A stretch of 30,197 nucleotides of DNA from Candidatus Levyibacteriota bacterium (lineage in GTDB: Bacteria > Patescibacteriota > Microgenomatia > Levybacterales > UBA12049): assembly GCA_016182225.1 (NCBI GenBank), contig JACOXV010000018.1, positions 1 through 30,197 on the forward strand, written 5' to 3'. The notes beneath the pieces are model-generated. The model had not been told where the DNA came from, made no database searches, and was given only the letters and a program-made list of their open reading frames with translations. Position 1 is the stretch's first letter, and each line of letters opens with the position of its first letter. Positions 18,139 through 27,907 of the stretch are shown here, piece after piece. The position numbers were made by a program, and so were the translations under genes.

Positions 18139-19269
18139 ATGTTAAGAATAAAAAACTTTCTTGGAAGAAACTATCAACCGCTTAATTTAGTTGAAATTTC
18201 CAGGGAAAATATAAAAAGTAATTATCGTTATCTTTCTTTGATAAACAGAAATATAAAAATTGCACCGGTTCTGAAAAGCAACGCTTATGGTCATGGGATA
18301 AGTATCGTTGGGAAGGATTTTGATAATTTAAACGCTCCTTTTATTTGTGTAGATAGTCTTTATGAAGCATATGAACTTTTAAAAATAAAAGTTAAAACAC
18401 AAATACTAATAATGGGATTTGTAAGCCCAAAGAGCTTGAACACGAAGAAGCTCCCCTTCTCTTTTGCGGTTTATAACAAAGAACTCGTAGATGCTATAGA
18501 AAAATTTCAGCCACATGCCAAAGTCCACATTTTTGTTGATACGGGAATGCATAGAGAAGGAGTAAGACTGGAAGAGCTTCCGGCTTTTGTAAAATACATA
18601 CAATCAAACACTCATCTTGAAATTGAAGGGTTAATGTCTCACTTTGCTATGGGAGATGATATAAAAAATGAAGATACCAGAAAGCAGGTTGAAGCGTTTG
18701 GAACTGCCAAACAAATATTGTCCGATCATGGTATCAAGCCTAAATGGATTCATATAGCCAACTCCGCAGGGCTTTTGAATAGCCGGGAATATAAAAATAA
18801 ACTTGGTAATATGGCAAGAGTCGGCAAATCTTCATACGGAATAGATCCAAGAAAAGTTAATAAAGATCTTAAACCGGCACTTACTCTTAAAACTCAAATT
18901 GCTCAGGTAAAAAATCTTAAAAAGGGAGAAAAAGTAGGATATGATTTTTCCTACACGGCAGAAAAAGATATGAAAATGGCAATAATCCCAATCGGATATT
19001 TCGAAGGCGTGGACAGAAGGCTTTCGAATAAAGGTTATGTCTTAGTCAAAAATAAATACTGTAAGATTATCGGAAGGGTAAGTATGAATATGTCAATTAT
19101 TGATGTTTCCCATGTTTTAAATGCAAAAGTTGGACAGGAAGTAATAGTTTATTCAAATAATTCTTCGGCAAAAAACTCTATTCAAAACTCGGCAAAAATC
19201 TGTAACACTATTCCCTACGAATTACTGGTTCACGTCGGAAGCTCTACTAGGAGAGTTATAAAAGATTAA
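18139..19269 (+). CDS. alr: Alanine racemase
   Basis: VLKSNAYGHG (PLP Lys), VDTGMHREG, EGLMSHF, GRVSMN, TIPYE; ATG 18139 lies 9 nt after TATAAT. Confidence 0.97.
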   Translation: MLRIKNFLGRNYQPLNLVEISRENIKSNYRYLSLINRNIKIAPVLKSNAYGHGISIVGKDFDNLNAPFICVDSLYEAYELLKIKVKTQILIMGFVSPKSLNTKKLPFSFAVYNKELVDAIEKFQPHAKVHIFVDTGMHREGVRLEELPAFVKYIQSNTHLEIEGLMSHFAMGDDIKNEDTRKQVEAFGTAKQILSDHGIKPKWIHIANSAGLLNSREYKNKLGNMARVGKSSYGIDPRKVNKDLKPALTLKTQIAQVKNLKKGEKVGYDFSYTAEKDMKMAIIPIGYFEGVDRRLSNKGYVLVKNKYCKIIGRVSMNMSIIDVSHVLNAKVGQEVIVYSNNSSAKNSIQNSAKICNTIPYELLVHVGSSTRRVIKD

Positions 19270-19577
19270 TTCTCCCCTTCTCTATTTGTATCAAAAGATT
19301 TTGTGCGCTCGAGGAAAGATTGTAAGTTTTCAATTTATTCAACGGAAGATATTCAAGCTGATCGTATTCCTTTGGAATACCTATTCTTGGGGCTTGTCCG
19401 CTCTTTATTTCTGCGCTGAACCAGGTGTAATCGAGGTAAAATTTACCGCTTTGAAAAATGTACTGCCCATTCTTCAGACTTTCCTCCTGGCACTTCCCAC
19501 CAATCCTTGTCAATCCTGTGAAGCAAAAGAATTGAATTGTCCCGAACAATCACACACCCCGCAGCAAGTCTTCTCAT
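19256..19577 (-). pseudogene. Nudix hydrolase pseudogene with internal deletion and frameshift
   Basis: ATG 19577 gives GCVIVRDNSILLLHRIDKDWWEVPGGKSEE, then a stop at 19443; the C-terminal half (DYTWFSAEI...) is in another frame; REUXEE part of the Nudix box is absent. Confidence 0.75.
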
Positions 19578-19583
19578 AGAGGG

Positions 19584-19627
19584 ATTGTATCAAAATTCTT
19601 GTTTTTGAGCGTGATTTAGGTTATAAT
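19584..19627. promoter_or_regulatory. Divergent leaderless-type promoters (Nudix / rpmE)
   Basis: Plus TTGTTT (19599-604), 17 nt, TATAAT (19622-27), 6 nt before the rpmE ATG; minus TG-A-TACAAT (19592-84), 6 nt before ATG 19577. Confidence 0.7.
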
Positions 19628-19633
19628 AATCTT

Positions 19634-19933
19634 ATGAAAGCGCAGATTCACCCACAATATTTTGAAAATGCACAAGTAATTTGTGTCTGCGGGAATAAAT
19701 TTACTGTTGGTTCAACACAGGAAGTAATTCACGTGGAGCTCTGCAATAATTGTCATCCTTTTTATACAGGCGAGCAAAAGTTTGTAGATTCTGCATCTAG
19801 AATTCAAAAGTTTCAAAACAAACAAAAAACTGCGGAAGAATATATTTCCAAAAAGATAAAAAAACAACAGGAATTAAAGAAAAAAGAAGAAGGCCCAAAA
19901 ACTCTCCGGGAAATGCTATCTTCCCTTTCATAG
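19634..19933 (+). CDS. rpmE: 50S ribosomal protein L31 (Zn-binding type) with C-terminal extension
   Basis: [25 protein letters not shown]. Confidence 0.97.
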   Translation: MKAQIHPQYFENAQVICVCGNKFTVGSTQEVIHVELCNNCHPFYTGEQKFVDSASRIQKFQNKQKTAEEYISKKIKKQQELKKKEEGPKTLREMLSSLS

Positions 19934-19948
19934 CTAACTCTTCCACAA

Positions 19949-20833
19949 ATGGATGACTACAGAAAAAATCTCATAGAAGATATAGATAGACGGATTGAGG
20001 AAGCAAAAAAACTATCCGTTGATCCTTCTATGGTTGAATTAGTTCAACAAGAAATCACGGATCTAGAAAACCAAAAAGCACAAATCCTCGGAAATTTCCA
20101 AGCTGATTCGCCCGAATCTGAATCTTTGGATCAGAGAAATATTATTCTTGAAATTAAAGGTGCGGCCGGCGGAGACGAAGCAAAAATTTGGGCAGAGGAT
20201 CTATCACGAATGTATTTGAGATTTTCTGAAAAAAAGGGGTTGAGGGTAGAAAAAATTGACGACGATGTTTATAAAATAAGCGGTAACTCCCCTTTCGGAC
20301 TACTCAAATATGAGGCCGGCGTACATAGAGTCCAACGAATTCCAACAACTGAAAAGAGAGGAAGAGTACATACTTCAACTGCTACTGTATCAATCTTGCC
20401 CGAGCTAGAGGATATTGATCTCCATATAAATCCAGAGGAAGTTACCTTCGAAGCCTATAGATCGGGCGGACACGGAGGACAGAATGTTAATAAAGTATCC
20501 ACTGCTGTGAGGCTCAATCATATCCCGACAGGAATTGTTGTAACAGCCCAAACAGAAAGATTTCAAGCACAAAATAGAGAAATTGCAATGAGGCTACTTC
20601 GTGCCAAGCTTTGGGAAATGGAAGTAGAAAAACAGCAGGAACAAACATCAAGTCTTAAAGCAACACAAGTAGGCCGGGGAATGAGGGCAGAGAAAATAAG
20701 AACCTATAATTTTCCCCAGGATAGAGTAACAGACCATAGAATCAACAAGTCCTGGCATAATCTTCCTGAAATACTGGATGGCGAGGGACTAGATGAAATA
20801 GTTAGAGAAACCTCGGAAAATCTTTCAGCTTAA
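19949..20833 (+). CDS. prfA: Peptide chain release factor 1 (N-terminally shortened)
   Basis: GGDEA, PxT motif (RIPTTE), [19 protein letters not shown]; follows rpmE. Confidence 0.93.
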   Translation: MDDYRKNLIEDIDRRIEEAKKLSVDPSMVELVQQEITDLENQKAQILGNFQADSPESESLDQRNIILEIKGAAGGDEAKIWAEDLSRMYLRFSEKKGLRVEKIDDDVYKISGNSPFGLLKYEAGVHRVQRIPTTEKRGRVHTSTATVSILPELEDIDLHINPEEVTFEAYRSGGHGGQNVNKVSTAVRLNHIPTGIVVTAQTERFQAQNREIAMRLLRAKLWEMEVEKQQEQTSSLKATQVGRGMRAEKIRTYNFPQDRVTDHRINKSWHNLPEILDGEGLDEIVRETSENLSA

Positions 20834-22498
20834 TTCCTTTGCTAAATCTTTTGCTCTATACCGTTCAATCAGTTCTAGGTGATTCTCATCAACTATTATC
20901 TTTGCCAAGTGATGTCCCCCTGCAACATGGGGAAGAACTACATAATCCGCCCCCTCTCCATATAAAGCTTTTGCATCTTCGTTATCAAATGCCGTTACTA
21001 AAATTTTTGGTTTCTTCTTAATTTTTGAAACTGCTTTAAGAAGAAGTATATTATCTTCCATATCGGGAATTGTTGAGATAATAAGCCTTGCTTTATCAAG
21101 TCCTGCCAAATCTTGAATCTCAGAATCAATTATATCTCCAAAATATGAAGGAATATGGTTATCTTTTAGAGATTTTATTACATCTGGATCAAAATCAATT
21201 ACTACAAATTTTTCGTTGTTATCAACCAATGCATCAAGAACACTTTCCCCTATCCTATTTGCCCCAACCAGAACAATATGGTCTTCGAGATTTTCTTTTT
21301 TGATTCTCCCGTCCTTTGCATTTTTTCTTTCAAAAAAATCAAGCATTGGCGAAAAAATTCTGTAAAGTTTATCTGAGTAAACCATAAAGTAAGTAGAGAG
21401 AACAAAAGTTAAAGCACCTACCGCTGTTACAGTCGATAGAATATCATTTGAAATATGATTTAGTCTGCTTCCGGTAAAAACCATAATTAGGCTAAACTCA
21501 GACACTTGTGCAAAAGAAATTGCCGAGAGAAATGAAGTCCTTTTTCTATGACCCAAAAATCCAAGAACCGAGAGAACTACAAGTGGTTTTAAAAATACAA
21601 CAAACAAAAGAATTAGAGCCAGTGGAAGAATTATCGATACATCTTTTAATAAAATCATCTGAATTCCTAAGGATACAAAAAATATAGTTATGAAAAAATC
21701 CCTAAGAGGCCTAACCCTTGAGATAATCTGGTAGTTCTCGTAAGTATTTGCCAATGCTAATCCCGCTAAAAAGCCTCCTATTTCTATCGAAAAACCTATA
21801 ATCGGGGAACTGACAAGTGCAGATAATCCAAAAACAAAAGCCAGGGAAAAAAGGAATAATTGTTCTGGGGATCTGGCTATTTTTGAAACAACCTTAGGAA
21901 TTAAATATTTACTCAAAACATAAGTCCAACCAAAAAGAGCTATTCCTTTTAAAATTAATATGACCAATGAATAAACATCTATTTTTGAATTGCCTAATCC
22001 TGTCAAAAGAATAAGAGCGCCTATTGCTACCATGTCCTGAACCAAAAGAATTCCAAGTGTTATTTTTCCATAAAGACTTCGAAGATCTTTTTTATCGGAA
22101 AGAAACTTTACTATTATGATGGTGCTTGAAAATGTAAGTGCAGCCGCAAGATATAGAGAAGCTATATCGGAAAATCCAATAACTTTTCCTAGTAAAAATC
22201 CCAAAATTCCTGTTATTCCTATCTGAAGAAGTCCCGATACAATTGATATTTTTCCGACAGATCTGAGATCTGCAATTTTTAATTCAAGTCCAAGTGAAAA
22301 TAAAAGAAGTGTAATTCCTATTTCTGCCATAGACCTTATCACTTCCAAGTTGTTTAAATTTATTAAAGCTAGAGGTCCAATCAAAATACCCGTAAGAAGA
22401 TATGCAAGAATTGAGGGTTGTTTTAAAAATCTAAAAAGAATCGCTAAAAAAGAAGCAATGCAAAGGATTACTGTCAGTTCTAGATAAATATTCCCCAC
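20825..22498 (-). CDS. CPA2/Kef-type cation:proton antiporter with TrkA-N domain
   Basis: About 13 TMs, [20 protein letters not shown]; Rossmann LVGANRIG...VIDFDP. Confidence 0.93.
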   Translation of the reverse strand: MGNIYLELTVILCIASFLAILFRFLKQPSILAYLLTGILIGPLALINLNNLEVIRSMAEIGITLLLFSLGLELKIADLRSVGKISIVSGLLQIGITGILGFLLGKVIGFSDIASLYLAAALTFSSTIIIVKFLSDKKDLRSLYGKITLGILLVQDMVAIGALILLTGLGNSKIDVYSLVILILKGIALFGWTYVLSKYLIPKVVSKIARSPEQLFLFSLAFVFGLSALVSSPIIGFSIEIGGFLAGLALANTYENYQIISRVRPLRDFFITIFFVSLGIQMILLKDVSIILPLALILLFVVFLKPLVVLSVLGFLGHRKRTSFLSAISFAQVSEFSLIMVFTGSRLNHISNDILSTVTAVGALTFVLSTYFMVYSDKLYRIFSPMLDFFERKNAKDGRIKKENLEDHIVLVGANRIGESVLDALVDNNEKFVVIDFDPDVIKSLKDNHIPSYFGDIIDSEIQDLAGLDKARLIISTIPDMEDNILLLKAVSKIKKKPKILVTAFDNEDAKALYGEGADYVVLPHVAGGHHLAKIIVDENHLELIERYRAKDLAKELS

Positions 22499-22507
22499 AC
22501 ATATATA

Positions 22508-23455
22508 TTACAAGTAATATATTTCCTCTTCAAGGGAAATATCATACCTATCTTTTATTTCTTTTTTGGCAAACTCTACTAGATTCCGCACATCCTCAGA
22601 AGAACCATTATCCACGTTCACAAAATAATTTGGATGCTTTTCGGATATTACTACCCCGCCCACTCTCTTTCCTTTAAAACCTGCGATACTAAAAAGTTTT
22701 GCTACGGGAAGCACAGGAAAGGGATCCTCTTTTATATATTGTTTAAATTCATCTTTGAACTTGTCTGGAACTAGTCCAAAGGGAATGTTTTTAAAAATAC
22801 TTCCAATGTTTGGGTATTCAAGCGGATGGCGTGCTTTTCTATGATCAATTTTTTCTTGAATCAAACGTGATATCTCCTCTTTACTTCCCTTTTTGAGTGA
22901 AAAGATAGCTTCTGTAATAAATTCATTTTTTGCTTCATCAGTTTTAAAAACGCTCGTTCTGTAACCGAAATTGCATTCTATATTAGATCTATTTTTATAA
23001 TCAAAATTTTTTAGGTTTATACTGGTAACGCTTTTTAGATTATCTTTTATTTCTCCTTTATATGCTCCGGCATTTCCTCTTATTGCCCCACCAACACTAC
23101 CAGGAAGTCCTCCTGCCCACTCTAGTCCTGAGAGAGAATTCTCTATGCAAAACTTCAAAAGTTCCGAAAAATCAGTTCCTGATCCCACTATCAAGTCTTC
23201 TCCGTTTGCACTCTCAATATAGGAGAGCAGATTTCTTATAACTAATCCTTGAAATCCTTTATCATCTACCAAAATATTTGTTCCTCCACCCAAAATAAAT
23301 ACAGGTGGCCTATCCTTTTCTGAGTGGAAAAGGGAATAAAACCCCAACAATCCGCTTTTTAAATCCTCCATGTTTTTTATTTCAAAAAAATACGAAGCAG
23401 ATCCGCCAATTTTGTAGTTGTTTAGATTTTTTAAGGGAACGTTTTTTTGAAGCAT
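22508..23455 (-). CDS. murB: UDP-N-acetylmuramate dehydrogenase
   Basis: ILGGGTNIL, GLPGSVGGAIRGNAGAY, GSIFKN, KHPNYFVN. Confidence 0.96.
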   Translation of the reverse strand: MLQKNVPLKNLNNYKIGGSASYFFEIKNMEDLKSGLLGFYSLFHSEKDRPPVFILGGGTNILVDDKGFQGLVIRNLLSYIESANGEDLIVGSGTDFSELLKFCIENSLSGLEWAGGLPGSVGGAIRGNAGAYKGEIKDNLKSVTSINLKNFDYKNRSNIECNFGYRTSVFKTDEAKNEFITEAIFSLKKGSKEEISRLIQEKIDHRKARHPLEYPNIGSIFKNIPFGLVPDKFKDEFKQYIKEDPFPVLPVAKLFSIAGFKGKRVGGVVISEKHPNYFVNVDNGSSEDVRNLVEFAKKEIKDRYDISLEEEIYYL

Positions 23456-23459
23456 TAAT

Positions 23460-24599
23460 TTATTGCTCTGGAGTTTTTTCTAGAATTACTTTTACTTCAG
23501 CTGTATTCCCTTCCCGCCAATAAGAAATAGAGACCTCTGCTCCTACCTTTTTTTCTGAAATTATTTTTGCCAATTCGTTCTTGCCTGCTTCCATTTTTAC
23601 TCCGTCAATTGAGATTATAACATCTGCAGGTTTTAGTCCGGCTTTATCTGCGGGAGAAGAAGTAATAATTGTTTCTATGTAGGCTCCTTCCGGTAAATTG
23701 TTCAGACTCGCGAGATCCTTATCGAGCATTCGATACGATACGCCCAGGTATGGCCTATCGAATTGCCCACCTTTATTAAAACTGTCAATAGAGTCTTTCA
23801 ATATATTTACCGGTATGGCAAAACCTATATTTTGACCGGAAGCTGCTACCGCACTATTTACTCCTATAACCTGTCCTGATGAATTAAGAAGCGGCCCCCC
23901 GGAATTTCCCGGATTAATCGCAGCATCTGTTTGGATCACATTATCAAGTCGCTCGGTAAATCCTTGGAAACTGGATCCTGCAACTATTCCTCTACCAAGT
24001 CCGGAAATTACACCGGTAGTAACGGTGTTTGGAAATTGTCCAAGTGCTGTTCCTATTGCTATAACAAACTGCCCGACCCGGAGTGAATCAGAATCTCCCA
24101 AGACTAGCGGTTCTAAATCATTTTGCGGATGCTCTGAGGGATTGATTTTAAGAATAGCTAAATCATTAAGGGGATCTCTGTAAATTCGCTGTACCGTATA
24201 TCTGGTGTCATTTCCCATAAGAATTTGGTATTTTGACTCCCTATCTGAAACCACATGTTTGTTAGTGACAACAAGTCCTTCAGAAGAGACAATAAAACCC
24301 GATCCTATATTTCGGGGCTTCGGATCTATCTCTTCATCTTGTAATCCAAAAATAGAGAAAGGCCCCAGATTTAAAGAATTATTTTCCTGCGGTGGAAGAT
24401 CTTCAACAATTGTTATTACCGATGGTCCTGTCTTTTTAACAGTATCTATCACAACCGACTCTTCTTTTAAGAGCTCTATGTTTCTCTGGGAAACTATTGC
24501 GTTTTCAGAATTAAAAATATTAGGAAATCTATCAACTAAAATTCCAAAAGCTCCTAATATCACAAGAAGGAATACAATTAAAGCTATGAGGCGGCGCAT
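23460..24599 (-). CDS. HtrA/DegP-like serine protease with PDZ domain
   Basis: N-terminal TM; triad TNKHVV / NDLAIL / INPGNSGGP; C-terminal PDZ. Confidence 0.95.
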   Translation of the reverse strand: MRRLIALIVFLLVILGAFGILVDRFPNIFNSENAIVSQRNIELLKEESVVIDTVKKTGPSVITIVEDLPPQENNSLNLGPFSIFGLQDEEIDPKPRNIGSGFIVSSEGLVVTNKHVVSDRESKYQILMGNDTRYTVQRIYRDPLNDLAILKINPSEHPQNDLEPLVLGDSDSLRVGQFVIAIGTALGQFPNTVTTGVISGLGRGIVAGSSFQGFTERLDNVIQTDAAINPGNSGGPLLNSSGQVIGVNSAVAASGQNIGFAIPVNILKDSIDSFNKGGQFDRPYLGVSYRMLDKDLASLNNLPEGAYIETIITSSPADKAGLKPADVIISIDGVKMEAGKNELAKIISEKKVGAEVSISYWREGNTAEVKVILEKTPEQ

Positions 24600-24604
24600 A
24601 TTGG

Positions 24605-25861
24605 CTATTTTAGCAGGTCTATTATTGCCTTTTCAAGCTGAAAGTCATGGCTTGGATCATTATTATCAAACTTTACTTCAACATCGGGAGTCAGTCCTTT
24701 TCCGTGCACCCAGGTCTCGTTTGGTGTAAGCCATTTTGCAATTGTCACATGAAGTCCAGCTCCATTGCCGAGATCTTCTGATTGCTGGATAGTTCCCTTC
24801 CCAAAAGATACCTCACCATATAGTTTTGCCCTACTATGATCGCGAAGAGCTCCGGCTACAATTTCTGACGCACTTGCAGAACCTTTATTTATAAGCACAA
24901 TTAGTGGAACATCTAGGAGAAGACCTTTTCTATTTACCTTCATGGTTGTTTTTTCTCCATTCCCTTCTTCTTGAATAACAACCGGTGTTCCTTCTTTTAA
25001 AAATTCTGCTGCTATAAAATTAGCATCTGTTAAATATCCACCGGGATTATTTCTTAAGTCAAAAATTACTCCTTCAACCTTTTTATTTTTCATCTCAAGA
25101 CTAATTTTATTAATCATTAAGAGCCAATCTTGATTTGTATTGTCACCAAACTGGGAAAGAGATATATAGGCAACTTGTTTTTCTGAAATGTCCTTTGGAA
25201 TTTTTACACCCTCTATATCTTTTGCTTTCTTCACATATCCTTCAACACTGTTTATGGTAATTGTGTCTCTTACTATTTTGATATCCTTTTTATTTTTTTC
25301 ATCACGCACTACTGTTAGTTCTACCTCAGAACCTTTCGGTCCTCTAATTTTTTCGACAGCCTGAGAAATTGTCCAGTTGTCTGTGGACTCATCGTTTACT
25401 GCAAGTATCATGTCCCCTGCTCTGACTCCCGCTTTCTGCGCCGGACTTCCGTTTAGTGGAGCAACCACTATAATTCGTTTTTCTTTTAGTCCCAATTCGG
25501 CACCGATTCCTTCAAATTGTCCGGCAAGGCCTTGCTTAAAATTATTATTTTGCGTAGGCGGAAGATAAACAGTAAAAGGATCATCTAAAGATGAAACCAT
25601 TCCGGATATGGCTCCGTCCAGCATTTTTTGAGGATTTAATTTTGATTTATCATAATAATTTACCTCTATGTCTTGCCATACTTTCCAGAAATTAGCAAAA
25701 TCCATATTACTGACAGATTCCGGAGGCTCTTTGCTGGAAATATTAAGAACTGGTTTGTAATTCTGCCACTGGAAAGCTACTTTATTAACGCCAAAATAAT
25801 AACCTACGAGAACTGAAATGAATATAACTAGAATGAGCTGAAGATATACAATTCTTTTCAT
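24605..25861 (-). CDS. Carboxyl-terminal processing protease (S41A, CtpA-like)
   Basis: PDZ (FEGIG, SPAQKAG), DLRNNPGGYL, SASASEIVAGAL, SFGKG. Confidence 0.95.
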   Translation of the reverse strand: MKRIVYLQLILVIFISVLVGYYFGVNKVAFQWQNYKPVLNISSKEPPESVSNMDFANFWKVWQDIEVNYYDKSKLNPQKMLDGAISGMVSSLDDPFTVYLPPTQNNNFKQGLAGQFEGIGAELGLKEKRIIVVAPLNGSPAQKAGVRAGDMILAVNDESTDNWTISQAVEKIRGPKGSEVELTVVRDEKNKKDIKIVRDTITINSVEGYVKKAKDIEGVKIPKDISEKQVAYISLSQFGDNTNQDWLLMINKISLEMKNKKVEGVIFDLRNNPGGYLTDANFIAAEFLKEGTPVVIQEEGNGEKTTMKVNRKGLLLDVPLIVLINKGSASASEIVAGALRDHSRAKLYGEVSFGKGTIQQSEDLGNGAGLHVTIAKWLTPNETWVHGKGLTPDVEVKFDNNDPSHDFQLEKAIIDLLK

Positions 25862-26604
25862 AACTTGACTATTATTTTTTTCTGACCATCCATTATAACT
25901 TTTTTATAATCTTTAATAAAGCTATTAAAATCTCCCTCTTTTATCATAATCACTGGCGTATCTATATTTTTTTCTTCAAGGTTTTGGAATTCTTCTTCAG
26001 GAATTTCTTGAGCTATGATACCTATCGCACCAACACCCATCGCCTTTGCTACTGCCTCGCGGCTTATTTTTTTCGCCGCAATAATTTTACCTGATATTTT
26101 TATGTCAATCTCCGAAAAGTCAACTTTTTCTCCTAAATTTACGACATCGCCAGAGGCACTTTTACCACAACCTATTTCTCCTAAAATTGCTTCTTTTTCT
26201 ACCTTTATAACTATTTTCTCATCAGACACCTCTATTACTTCCCCATCAACCGGTGAAGTAATTGTCTTTGCTTCTCCACCACCCTCTACTCTTATAATCA
26301 TATCTCCGGATTCTTCATCATATCTGTAAAAGGTGCCGTCTACTTTTGAGATAACTTCTTTTTTTGATAAAAATTCAGATTTTTCAGCTAGAATATCTCC
26401 TTTTCTAACGATATCGCCTGGATTTTTTTTAAGATATTCCTTTGCCTTCTGAGGAGAAACATTTAAGTCTGTAGCTACTTTCGCAAAAGCATCACGATGC
26501 GAATCTTTTTTTTCCGCAAGAACATGGTTTTCTTTAATCTGATCTTTTTCAGAAACTTTTGGAGTAAAACCTTGAGGTAAGTATATAGGCAGACTAGTCA
26601 TCAA
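25858..26604 (-). CDS. Hypothetical protein with tandem barrel-sandwich-hybrid-like motifs
   Basis: 248 aa; two biotinyl/lipoyl-like hairpins (GDIVRKGDILAEK...ISKVDG; ITSPVDGEV); ATGA overlap with the S41 gene. Confidence 0.7.
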   Translation of the reverse strand: MMTSLPIYLPQGFTPKVSEKDQIKENHVLAEKKDSHRDAFAKVATDLNVSPQKAKEYLKKNPGDIVRKGDILAEKSEFLSKKEVISKVDGTFYRYDEESGDMIIRVEGGGEAKTITSPVDGEVIEVSDEKIVIKVEKEAILGEIGCGKSASGDVVNLGEKVDFSEIDIKISGKIIAAKKISREAVAKAMGVGAIGIIAQEIPEEEFQNLEEKNIDTPVIMIKEGDFNSFIKDYKKVIMDGQKKIIVKL

Positions 26605-26612
26605 AAATTATT

Positions 26613-26855
26613 TTATCTAATAATAAATGGCAAAAGAGCCAAATGTCTTGCATATTTTACATTTCTAGCTAAACTTTTTTGGTGTTTTGAGCAAATTCCG
26701 CTTCTGCTTCTTGGAACTATTTTACCTCTTTCGGTAACATATCTTCCAATAATTGCCATATCATGAAAAGATGGATCTTTCTTTTCTGTACAAAAATAGC
26801 AATCTTTCGGAGCAGACGATTTAACTTTTCTTCTAATTTGTTTTGCTTTTGCCAT
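26613..26855 (-). CDS. rpsR: 30S ribosomal protein S18 (Zn-binding type)
   Basis: CYFC, TERGKIVPR, CSKHQ, ARHLALLPF. Confidence 0.97.
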   Translation of the reverse strand: MAKAKQIRRKVKSSAPKDCYFCTEKKDPSFHDMAIIGRYVTERGKIVPRSRSGICSKHQKSLARNVKYARHLALLPFIIR

Positions 26856-26862
26856 GTTTCTT

Positions 26863-26935
26863 GGAAATCCTAAATTCTAAATTCCAAACTCTAAACATTT
26901 TGTTTAGGATTTAGAGATTGGTGTTTAGAGTTTCC
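26863..26935. repeat. Inverted array of degenerate heptamer repeats
   Basis: GGAAA-(TCCTAAA TTCTAAA TTCCAAA CTCTAAA)-CA-TTT-TG-(TTTAGGA TTTAGAG ATTGGTG TTTAGAG)-TTTCC fills almost the whole ssb-rpsR spacer. Confidence 0.85.
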
Positions 26936-27417
26936 TAAAATGGAATATCTTCTGGTGAAACATCTGATTCTTCTCCGGACGCTTCTTTGCTGGGTTCCTT
27001 TTCTTCCTCATCTTTTGATTTTTTCTGGGCTTTCGGAGAAGGTTTTGACTCTTTTGGTTCTACATATTCCTCTTCTCTTCCTTTTTTGCTGTCCAAAAGA
27101 AGCATGTCTGAAATTATAATTTCAGTAGCATTTCTAGGACTTCCGTCTTGGGCATTCCATGTTCTGGTTGCCAGTCTTCCCTCAACGAAAACTTTGCTTC
27201 CTTTGGTGAGAAATTGACTGCAAAGTTCTGCTAATTTATTCCATGCAACTATCCTATGAAACTCTGCTTCATCTTTTTTTTCACCCGTATCAGTTGTCCA
27301 TGATCTATTAGTAGCAAGGCCAAAAGAACAAACAGCAGTACCGTTTGGTGTGTACCTGAGTTCTGGATCTCTTGTTAAATTTCCTATTAATTGCGCTCTA
27401 TTTAAACTTCGTGCCAT
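26935..27417 (-). CDS. ssb: Single-stranded DNA-binding protein
   Basis: LNRAQLIGNLTRDPELRYTP, EGRL, acidic tail ending EDIPF. Confidence 0.98.
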   Translation of the reverse strand: MARSLNRAQLIGNLTRDPELRYTPNGTAVCSFGLATNRSWTTDTGEKKDEAEFHRIVAWNKLAELCSQFLTKGSKVFVEGRLATRTWNAQDGSPRNATEIIISDMLLLDSKKGREEEYVEPKESKPSPKAQKKSKDEEEKEPSKEASGEESDVSPEDIPF

Positions 27418-27440
27418 ATCTATCTTCTACTTTCAATCAT

Positions 27441-27713
27441 CTATTTTCTTAACAGTAGGTGTCTTAATATATTATCATTATTTATAAGATTTTTTTCAAA
27501 GTCCGAAGGAATATTCTCTCCTTCAAACGATAAGGCCAAAAAATATCCCGATACTTCTTTTTTTATCGGGTAAGAGAGGGGTTTTTGTCCCATCTCGTTA
27601 TCTTTCTGAAATTTTACTTTTCCAAGTGCCTCCTTTATAGAATCTACTGTCTTTTTTTTATCGGCATCCTTAAGAGAGGATTTCAAAACTAAAACCAATT
27701 CGTATAATCGCAT
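27441..27713 (-). CDS. rpsF: 30S ribosomal protein S6
   Basis: MRLYELVLVL, G.KPLSYPIKK, ILRHLL; canonical rpsF-ssb-rpsR order. Confidence 0.96.
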   Translation of the reverse strand: MRLYELVLVLKSSLKDADKKKTVDSIKEALGKVKFQKDNEMGQKPLSYPIKKEVSGYFLALSFEGENIPSDFEKNLINNDNILRHLLLRK

Positions 27714-27725
27714 AATTTAGAAGTA

Positions 27726-27754
27726 ATCCTACCATAAAAAGAGGCTAAAAACAA
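27726..27754 (-). promoter_or_regulatory. rpsF operon promoter TTGTTT-17-TAGGAT (extended TG)
   Basis: -35 at 27754-49, -10 at 27731-26, 12 nt before the ATG. Confidence 0.6.
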
Positions 27755-27770
27755 GAAGTAAGAATTTCAA

Positions 27771-27907
27771 ACCTCCCTCATAAACCTACGAAAATTTCGT
27801 AAGCTTATGAGGGCAAGGTAAGAGAAATAGAAAACGCCAAAAGGCGCTGCAGGGATAAAACCTGCATTTAGGCCTTGCCACTCTTTTTATGAGCGGAATC
27901 CGCTCGT
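27771..27907. other. Cluster of four hairpins at the composition boundary
   Basis: CCCTCATAA..TACGAAA-A-TTTCGTA..TTATGAGGG (27775-27813); CGCC/GGCG (27835-46); TGCAGG/CCTGCA (27848-66); GAGCGG/CCGCTC (27891-905). Confidence 0.7.

Noticed and set aside
100-27217. Numerous 60-175-aa ORFs antisense to or nested within housekeeping genes
   Set aside because: They overlap confidently identified genes and have shadow-type composition.
27714-27770. S6:S18 autoregulatory leader upstream of rpsF
   Set aside because: The predicted promoter leaves only about 5-6 nt of leader, and no matching stem or SD was seen.
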